Shown: positions 55,485 through 64,000 of the stretch, in pieces
Layout: each line of letters opens with the position of its first letter
How positions within the stretch are numbered: position 1 is the stretch's first letter
Source: Lama glama
Lineage: Eukaryota
Assembly (NCBI GenBank): GCA_028534125.1
Contig: CM052817.1
Coordinates: forward strand, 14,758,001 to 14,822,000
Reading direction: 5' to 3'
Length of the DNA: 64,000 nucleotides
Position numbers and translations under genes: made by a program
The notes under the pieces: model-generated
The model's input: the letters and a program-made list of their open reading frames with translations, nothing else
Databases searched by the model: none
What the model was told of the DNA's origin: nothing

Positions 55485-55629
55485 TTCTAGTTTTATTGGA
55501 AAGGTCAGGAAGTCACATGTGGAAGAAACCACTGGGGAAAACGTTCTAGGCCATGGTAACACATCATTATAAACATTATAAGCTACAGAAGCGTTTCATC
55601 TTTAATAACACTACATTACAATTTAATCA

Positions 55630-55681
<52 letters not shown>

Positions 55682-55683
55682 CT
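55630..55683. repeat. (TCTA)n tetranucleotide microsatellite
   Basis: About 13 perfect TCTA units. Confidence 0.97.
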
Positions 55684-56238
55684 CATCTCCTTTCATCTCT
55701 AGATATCTAAATTCCTCTGAAATAGGTGGCGTGAACATTCTTAGACACTGCTTCTCCTGGGAGGACACGATGGAGTATTGAGGCACTCACACAGAAAATT
55801 CAGGAGAAAGCAAGCTGATGTTCTCCATCCTGCCTGACTTTCAGAGTTCTGTTTGGCTAGGTAATTACCTCAACCAACCCCACCCCTTTGCAAGTGAACA
55901 ACCATCACCATGCAGATTAATATAAACACATTCTAAGTTCAGTTCAGTATAATCCAGATGCTTCTCTAGGTACATCCATGAAGGGAAAGCTTTTCTCTTG
56001 TTTATTATTGTATCTCAGCACCTTGAACAGTGCCTGGCAGGCAATTGGCACTCCATAATATTTGTTGACTGAAGAATGAATGAATGATGAAAAGAATGGA
56101 TATTTCTCCATTCATTAATTTGTCTTTTCATGACTGCCAGATAACAGTAACTTACTTGCTATATAAGGTAACTCAAGCAAAACTTACCTTTATGAACTCA
56201 ACTTACAGCTCAATTGACTGTACGTTGAAATTTCTCAC

Positions 56239-56337
56239 GTTTTCTTTTTTTTTTACGTTTTTTATTGATTCATAATCATTTTACAGTGTTGTGTCAAATT
56301 CCAGTGTTCAGCACAATTTTTCAGTCATTCATGGACA
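56239..56337 (-). mobile_element. Short L1 3'-terminal insertion with TSD
   Basis: Same tail family (cattttacagtgttgtgtcaaattccagtg); TSD AAATTTCTCAC at 56228-56238 and 56338-56348. Confidence 0.85.
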
Positions 56338-56861
56338 AAATTTCTCACATTTTCATTTACCCCTTTAGATTATTTGAATATTTGATGCTATCATTGCTAG
56401 ATTATAACTGATAAAACCCCAACAGTCTGACTCCAAAGTCTCTCCCCGTCAGGAAACTTACTCATCTACTTGAGGCCTATTTGGCTCTAAAAGCTCTGTA
56501 TATTAAATTCTAAACACACTCAATTAGCTTCTCTGATCTTCATTATATAAAACTTAGTCCCTTTTGATGGGAATATATATGATTAAAAAAAAAAACAACT
56601 CTCTGGCAACTAATAGTGCAAGATATAGTCTTAGGAAGACAGTGAGATTCTACCCGGTGCTGTGTCTCACTTTGAGCCTCTCAGGGGTTACTTGTCACTC
56701 AGTTGGCTAAGAATATTTTCTGCTTTTGTTTTTTTGTGTGTGTGTATTCACCCCTCCTCCTGTCCTCCTTGCAGTTAAACTCTGAAAGGTTCAGGAAGTG
56801 AAGAGTCCAGCATTCATAGATCCTGCCCCATAACACCATGAAATTCTATCAAAGCCATTCC

Positions 56862-57250
56862 TGTATTAGTCAAAACTATTTCAGCTGAAAGTGACAGAAA
56901 CACAACTCCAACTAGTTTAAACACCAGAAGAAATATATTGACTCATTTAAATAGAAAGTTGCTTCAGGCATAGCTGGATCTTGAAGCTGAAGCAATGTCC
57001 CCAGGCTTCCCTTTCCATCTCTTAGTATTTTGTTGGCTTTGTTCTCTGGCAAGAATTCCTCCGCCCATAATTGGAGAGCCACTGGCTTTATGTTGCGTTC
57101 ACATTGCAAAACCCCAGCAAAAAATAAAATCAGTAACAAAGCAAAAACAACAGCCCCCCCAACCCCCGCCCCAGTGTTCCCAGTGAGAGAGATGATTGGC
57201 CCACCTTGTATCACACATCCCTGAAGGAAGGGTGGCTGCAATGAAGTCCT
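56862..57250 (-). mobile_element. Old MaLR LTR (MLT1J/K-like)
   Basis: tgtattagtca...gctgaaagtgacagaaacacaactccaactagtttaaac...gcttcaggcatagctggatc. Confidence 0.6.
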
Positions 57251-57376
57251 CTGACTGATCTGACCTAGATTGAAAATACACCTTCTAAAACAGGTGTAGG
57301 ATTGGCAGAATTCTCCAAACACATTCTTCATAGTAGAAAGGACTGTCCACCAATGTTATCTTTACACCTAGTAATA

Positions 57377-57740
57377 CAGTCCTCCCTCAGTATCCAAGGG
57401 GAATTGGTTCCATTGGTTCTAAGACCCCTACGTCATACCAAAATCTGGGACACTCAAGCTCCTTATGTAAAATGGTGTAATATTTGCATATAACCTGAGT
57501 ACACCCTCCTATATACTTTAAATCATCTCTAGATTACTTACTATAACTAATACAGTATGATTGCTATATAAATAGTTATTAATACAACATAAATGGTATG
57601 TTGTATCAAAAAGAATTGCCAATGCTTGATAAATTCAAGTTTTGCTTTTTGGAACTTTCTGGACCTTTTTTTTCAAATAGTTTTGGTCTATGTTCAGCCA
57701 AATCTGTGGATGCAAAACCGTGGTTATGGACTGCCAGCTG
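57377..57740. mobile_element. Tigger-derived MITE (MER2-like)
   Basis: ta-cagtcctccctcagtatcc...ggttcc...aaatcatctctagattactta...gatgcaaaaccgtggttatggactgccagctg. Confidence 0.8.
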
Positions 57741-58149
57741 TGTATTACAGAGACAAAGGGATAGGAAGAAAAAGTCACAAAATGTTAATCATAGTTATCT
57801 CTAGGATGGTAGGCTTACATGTGCATGTTAGTGCCTTCTTTATATTTTTCTTTATAGTGTTATTTTACATTTTATAATGTATACGAATTATTAGTATAAT
57901 TTTTAAATTATTTTTTAAAAGAACTTACTCATTATATCAAATAAATGAATGAATACTATTATTGAGTCTACTGTGCCCGCAAAGCACTCTTCTGAGCACT
58001 ACAAATCAAATAAATAAAATAGGCTGAGTCACTACCTTTGAAACTAAAGGTCATCATCAGTTACATCCATTAAATTATAACTTGTGTAATAAACAATACA
58101 CTGTAACCTGCCTTTACTGATCAAACTTACTTTGTTTTTTTACAAAACT

Positions 58150-58690
58150 TGCGTATCTTCCAAGCGTCAAGTAGCCTAAATAAGACGTTTGCTCTGCTTA
58201 TTTTTTCAGAAGCTTGGAGTCAGCCGCGTCCAGCACACGCTCCCGAGCCGGTTAAGACTGGTTGGGACCACTGACCCTCCAGCTGGGCATGCGCGCGTCT
58301 TCGCGGCACCGTCCCCTTTTGACGTCAGAAGCGCCAAAGCTCCGCCCCCAGAAGGCGCGAAAGCCGCCATTTTCTGAGTGTGAGTCCCACGGAGAAGCAC
58401 GCAGCTTAGCTGCACCTGCACGGAGTGATGGGCTGCTCAGGTTTTTCTTAGCTCTAATCACCTTTCCCCTCCTCCGCACACTTCTCCTTATCCTGTGAAT
58501 ACCCTGAGACTCTCGCCTTCGGGAAGGAGGATTTGAGACGTGCTTTCTGTTTTCTCGCTTGGCCGCCTCCTGCACCAAACGTTTGCTCTGCTGCGAACGT
58601 TGGCGTCTCAGCGTTTGGCTTGCTGAATGATGGGCAAAAGGAACTTCGGTAACACCTTCAAGGTATTTGTTGTCAGAGCGGAAGGAAAGC
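58150..58690. promoter_or_regulatory. Orphan CpG-rich promoter-like element
   Basis: About 35 CpG in about 540 bp by manual count, within AT-rich flanks. GGGCATGCGCGC (NRF1-like) 58285-58296, TGACGTCA (CRE) 58320-58327, CCGCCC 58342-58347, GCCGCCATTTT (YY1) 58363-58373. Confidence 0.65.
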
Positions 58691-58979
58691 CACATACTCA
58701 TTTAATTAATTACTGTTGTAAAGGTCCTTAAATTCCTTCAGCAAAGGATAGCTGCTATTTAAAAGTTACCAGGTATTAGTTACTCACTGCTTATAGCCAA
58801 ATTTCTCTCTTCTGTAACAGCAAGATCAAAGGTTTATACATAAAAAACATAATCATAAAGTTTTCTTCAAATTATATTTATATGCATACATAATCATAGA
58901 TGTATACATGTGTGTACACATACATACATACCGTATCAAGACACAAACCTCAAATTGATAAATTTTCTCATAAAATTAT

Positions 58980-59355
58980 AAATTCTGCCTGAACAAATAC
59001 CATAAAAAAATCAAAAGTCAACTTGCTAAAAAACTTTGCAACATATGATACAGGAATAATTTATTTATTATATTGAAAAAACATAAATCAGTGAGAAACC
59101 TTTCAACTAAAGAAAAACAGGTGAAATATATGAATAGCAGGCTCACAGAAAGAAAAATAAAAGGTGTACGATGTGAGAGGATATTCAGCCTTACAAATAA
59201 TTACAGAAATGCAAGCAAGCAAACCAACCCACCAACAAAAATTGAAATACTAATTTTCACCCATCAAATTGGAAAGAATAAAAGTTACGTAAGATTTGGT
59301 AACTTGCAGGTGTAAAGTCAACATTCTCTTACATGGTTAGAGGCAATACAAGTAA
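58980..59355 (+). mobile_element. Old degenerate L1M ORF2 fragment
   Basis: A-rich decayed ORF2-like sequence (aacatatgatacaggaataat...gaatagcaggctcacagaaa...ttttcacccatcaaattgg). Confidence 0.55.
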
Positions 59356-59369
59356 GATACAACTTTTTT

Positions 59370-59607
59370 TTTGCCCTTGTCCTCCCAGCGTATTGATATG
59401 TAATTGATACCTAACATTGTTTAAGGTGTCACCATTTTTAAATGGTGAAATGATTGTTACTATAGTATTAACTACCACCTCCACCTTGTCATATTGTTAC
59501 CATTTCTTTTCTTTTTCTTAGTGAGAACATTAAAGATTTACTCACTTAGCAATTTTCAAGGGCACAATACATTAGTATTAGTTATAATCATCATGCTCTA
59601 AATTAGT
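59370..59607 (-). mobile_element. L1 3' end with TSD, nested in an older L1M
   Basis: Poly-T start, L1 3'UTR-like body, TSD GATACAACTTTTTT at 59356-59369 and 59608-59621. Confidence 0.75.
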
Positions 59608-59855
59608 GATACAACTTTTTTGGTGCTTTTTTTTTCTGTAATGGCAAAAAAGTGGAAATAACATGTCTATTAGCAAGTTGAGTAAAAGAGAATGGGTTCA
59701 ATAAATGGTAGTAAACTAAAAATGGGTTGAGGCACGTCACCTCAAGCGAAGATTTGAGAAAAGAGAAAAAGGATCTCTGCGCATCTGTGGTCTCCTAGTT
59801 AAGTGAAAAGTGAAAGATTGTTGATCTCCATTTCTGTAAATAGTGTGTATGTATG

Positions 59856-60355
59856 NNNNNNNNNNNNNNNNNNNNNNNNNNNNNNNNNNNNNNNNNNNNN
59901 NNNNNNNNNNNNNNNNNNNNNNNNNNNNNNNNNNNNNNNNNNNNNNNNNNNNNNNNNNNNNNNNNNNNNNNNNNNNNNNNNNNNNNNNNNNNNNNNNNNN
60001 NNNNNNNNNNNNNNNNNNNNNNNNNNNNNNNNNNNNNNNNNNNNNNNNNNNNNNNNNNNNNNNNNNNNNNNNNNNNNNNNNNNNNNNNNNNNNNNNNNNN
60101 NNNNNNNNNNNNNNNNNNNNNNNNNNNNNNNNNNNNNNNNNNNNNNNNNNNNNNNNNNNNNNNNNNNNNNNNNNNNNNNNNNNNNNNNNNNNNNNNNNNN
60201 NNNNNNNNNNNNNNNNNNNNNNNNNNNNNNNNNNNNNNNNNNNNNNNNNNNNNNNNNNNNNNNNNNNNNNNNNNNNNNNNNNNNNNNNNNNNNNNNNNNN
60301 NNNNNNNNNNNNNNNNNNNNNNNNNNNNNNNNNNNNNNNNNNNNNNNNNNNNNNN
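59856..60355. other. Assembly gap (500 N)
   Basis: Run of N; the round length suggests a placeholder size. Confidence 0.99.
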
Positions 60356-60365
60356 GAGAAAGTAG

Positions 60366-60811
60366 TGTCTACTGAAAGAAAAAAAGCACAACCTTAAAGT
60401 TGAGAATTATACTTTATTTGGGGGCATTACTGAGAACTATAACCTGGGAAGGCATTCTCTCAGATAGCTCTGAGGGAGTGTTCCAAAGAGGTAGGGGAGG
60501 AGCCAGGATATATAGGAGTTTTGCTGGGAAAACAAATGGATATGTAGTTAAACACTAAAGATTACTGCTAATCATTAAACAGCTATTAAGTTCATGAATT
60601 TGAGGCTTTTCTATGTATGGGAAGATGCAAGAGTTTGGGCTCTTTGAGATTATTCCTTGATATGCATCTTAACTAAGTCCGATCCTGGTTTTCACCATCC
60701 TGAATGCCCCTCAGGGCACACCGTAGTGGGGCGGCTGCAGTGGCTGATGGCTTGATGGCTGCTGCAACATCCTTTGTTTACCAAAGTGGCAGGTGACATT
60801 CTTTGTCCACA
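60366..60811 (-). mobile_element. Solo ERV1-type LTR (MER41-like)
   Basis: TG...CA termini with 4-bp TSD GTAG (60362-60365 and 60812-60815); minus-strand CTATATAT near 60510 and AATAAA at 60413-60418. Confidence 0.8.
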
Positions 60812-61511
60812 GTAGAATAAAGCCCCAGTGGGCCATTTCAGAAACTAATAATGCAATAATAAGTGACTGGTGATTAAATCCACATGATCATTTAATTTCT
60901 TCTTGTCCTCCGAAGTTAATGAGATCATTAGTGACAAATAAGATTTGAAGAAAACTTATCAAGAACAATATCTACTATTTTAAATTAACCTTCTTAAATT
61001 GCCTTCCAGAACACCGAAGGAAGAAAGACTAAAAGCACGAAGTCACCTGTCCTACGCAGCACACCCAGCAGCCCTCCATCCTCCACTCCCAGCCCCTCCA
61101 CTGAGCTGAGAGAATTGCCATTGGTGGCACAGCTTTTCATGAGATTGCCCTGAGTTTTAACTAATGACTATGGAAATTCCAGCTGACTTCTTTTCAGCTG
61201 TTGAAAGAATCAAGGGAATGCTTATTTTCTATTTTTTGTGTCTCTACTCAGTTTTTAGAAGACAGAGCTAAAAATTCCATGCCAGATGGTGCCTCTAAGG
61301 ATTCTGTTGTCATCAAGTCAAAGTGGAAGAATCCTTTATCAATCAATCATTGAATTGGGGCCATCTTTTGCCAGTTTATGTCTTTCAAAGATAAATGTCT
61401 AGTCCAGTCCTTTACATAGTCTCCAGCAAAAATTTGCCCTTTGGGCAAAAATAGGTAAAACCATTAGGGCTGACTTCCAGAGGGAGTTTTTCTTTGTCTT
61501 CAGCACTCTAG

Positions 61512-61805
61512 AGCAGAGGTCAGCCAACGTTTTCTGTAAGGGCCAGATGGTGAGTATTTCAGCCTGTGCTAGCTCTGTAGTCTGTTACAACTACTATGGT
61601 GACAGTAGTGATAAATAATACATAAATTAAAGAGCACCACTGTCTTCCAATTAAACTTTATTTGTGGATGCTGAAATTGGAATTTCATATAATTTTCATG
61701 TGTCATGAAGTGTTAGTTTTCTTTTTTTCCACCCATTTAAAAATGCAAAAACTGTCTTAGCTTATGGGCCTTATAAAAGTAGGTGGTGGGTTTGACCTCT
61801 GCTCT
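61512..61805. mobile_element. hAT-Charlie MITE (MER58B-like)
   Basis: gcagaggtcagccaacgttttctgtaagggccagatggtgagtatttcagcc...tttgacctctgctcta. Confidence 0.75.
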
Positions 61806-62978
61806 AGATGAGGACCATTGCAGAAGGACCTGACCTGAAACATCACCACCTCCTTCCCTCCTCGTAATAATTAATTCAGGAAATTCAACTCCGGTTGTTG
61901 GAAATGAAAATGTTAAACTCTGGGGACAAAAAAGAAAAAAAAAAGGCAAATACTGGAGTCTAGTTCTTCCAACATTCTTATTTAAGGCAGTCTTAGTAGT
62001 CTGTAAAATCCGGGGAAGGCCATTTGCTTGGGGTTGATAAGACATAGTGGTGACAGGTCAGATAAGGCTCCCAACTACAAATTCTCACCACTCAAGCTGA
62101 GGCTGAATCAGAACTATTGTCAGTAAGGATGGTGTCTGTCAATCTGTGTCTTGCAAAAAGTAGCTGATTGTTGCAGCAGATGTTTGAAATGTAATTATAA
62201 GCACTTAGAGCCGTTTTGGAATGGAGTCTAACCCCAGAAGTTCTTTTGGTATCAGCCTGCAAAATCAATATGAATTCTTGAAGTGCATTTTGAATGCTTC
62301 TGGAGCTGTTAACCTGAAGGGACCTTGGGCGAATATAAGGCCAAATAGGCCAGAATGTGGTGCCCCTCTTTTTATAGTCTTTCTATTGTCTGTACTTGTT
62401 CCAGGCTACCTGACATAAATTTAAGCAAGAAGGTCATGCAAGTTCCTTCTGAACATTTTACACCCAAAATGATCTGATGACCCCTTTTCAGAAAATCAAT
62501 ATTATTTCTCTATAAAATTCATCCTTTATGTAAAAATAACTCATACTGATGGCTTGAGGTCAAGTCTTTATTTCCTATCCCCACTCTTTACCTTATTTGA
62601 GATATAGACTGAAGTGGGATCTTCTATAAAAGTGATTCTGAAATAGGATCAGCCAAAAGACAAACATTTAGAGGCCTTCAGACTTTGATGACAAGGGCAT
62701 GATAAAAAAATCTATAATTTCTAGGCTTTCTAAGAAAATTTCTCAAAATGGAACCTCAGGCTAGTAGCCAAACTCCTGAAGCTAAACAAAACTCCTTGGT
62801 GGACAACATGCTAAGAGAGCTGCTTCCCAAGAAAACTTCCTTAAACACGTGGACTTCCCCTTGCTCAGCCCTCTTTAGAGGCCATAACTCTGTTTAGGGA
62901 ATTGAAGGCATAGTAGCTGCTAGCTGTGGAAGCTGAAAAGGCTAATTGGAAACAGGATGGATTTTTATCCATTCAAAT

Positions 62979-63569
62979 TGATACAGGAAAATGGGGCACG
63001 AGAGGATGGCCATGTCCCAGGCCCCACCGAGTCCCTGGGATGCACCCCATCAAGCGAGGGGCCTTGGCATCATGCAGGAAAGAATTCAAGAGTGAGCCAT
63101 AGTAAAGTGAAGGTAGATTTGTTCAGAGAGATACGTACTTCATAGAGTGCAGACCACCTCAGAAGGCAAGAGATGGCGACATAGGGGCCCAAGATATACT
63201 CAATATACACATTCCTTTGGCAGAATGCAGGCCATCTTACTCAGAAGGGAGAGCAGCCACAAGATGCGGGGTTGTTAGTTTTTATTGGTTTGGTAACTTT
63301 ATATGCTGACAGGTGGGAAGATTATTCCAACTACTTTGGGGAAGGGGCTGGGATACCCAGGAATTGGGTCACCACTATTTTTTTACCTTTTATGGTCACC
63401 CTCAGAACTGTCATGGTGCCTCTGGGTGTGTCATTTCCCATGCTAATGTAATACAGTGAGCGTTTAATGAAGCTCAAGGTCTACTGGGAGTTGAATATTC
63501 TGCCATCTTGGTGCTAATTGCTGTGTCATTCTTTCAGTGGTGTGCCCTGCCTCCTTCCCTTCTGTCTCA
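62979..63569 (-). mobile_element. Solo ERV1-type LTR
   Basis: Termini TGATACA...TGTCTCA (imperfect inverted repeat) with 4-bp TSD AAAT (62975-62978 and 63570-63573). Orientation is inferred. Confidence 0.75.
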
Positions 63570-64000
63570 AAATAAGCTTTAGGGACACAGGCTTGGTCTC
63601 TTTCCATCTCTCACCTGAACTTTCGTCCATAGCCACTGTGAGATTACACAGCATGGCCAAGGAAATCTTAACGGTATGCTGCACAAATGGTGGTGAGATT
63701 GCATCAGCCCTCACACTGAGCAGATCATCTCAACTTGCCCCATCCACCAGAAACACAAATTTGGTAAACATGTAAAGGAGAGGCAAAGATGAGAGCCAGC
63801 GCCCTCTGGCAAATTTCTCCTTTGGTAAATGTATTGTATTCAATTCTCAAAGTTTCATAGATAGGAATATATTCTAAACCACAGTGTGCATGTTTTCGGG
63901 GTGGCTAGAAGTTTTCCCCTGCAAACAGGATATTACCACCGCCGCAGCTAGGTGTTACCACTTGGTCATCCTCTTCTCCTTGGAGAGTCTCCTCTCTAGC

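Noticed and set aside
58206..58375. Minus-strand AAAATGGCGGC start with short ORF MAAFAPSGGG...
   Set aside because: Coincides with the YY1 motif; short, with no recognisable protein similarity, so not called as CDS.

Overview
Mammalian genomic DNA, most likely a camelid (inferred from tRNA-derived Vic-1-like SINEs and the associated young L1 3' tails). The window holds the 5' part of ADGRA3 (GPR125, adhesion GPCR A3) on the minus strand. Coding exons 1-7 splice with GT-AG boundaries into one 905-nt open frame encoding the signal peptide, LRR repeats, LRR-CT and the start of the Ig domain; the gene continues beyond position 1. Its CpG-island promoter lies at about 48.1-49.6 kb. The rest is introns and upstream DNA dense in retro- and DNA-transposon fossils, microsatellites and two 500-N gaps. 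I found no prokaryotic-type or clearly novel system. Best leads: a 34-codon uORF with two in-frame ATGs just before the ADGRA3 start, an orphan CpG-rich promoter-like element about 9 kb upstream (NRF1-like, CRE, GC box, YY1), and intact solo ERV LTRs with TSDs. Repeat family names come from pattern recognition, not a database search.
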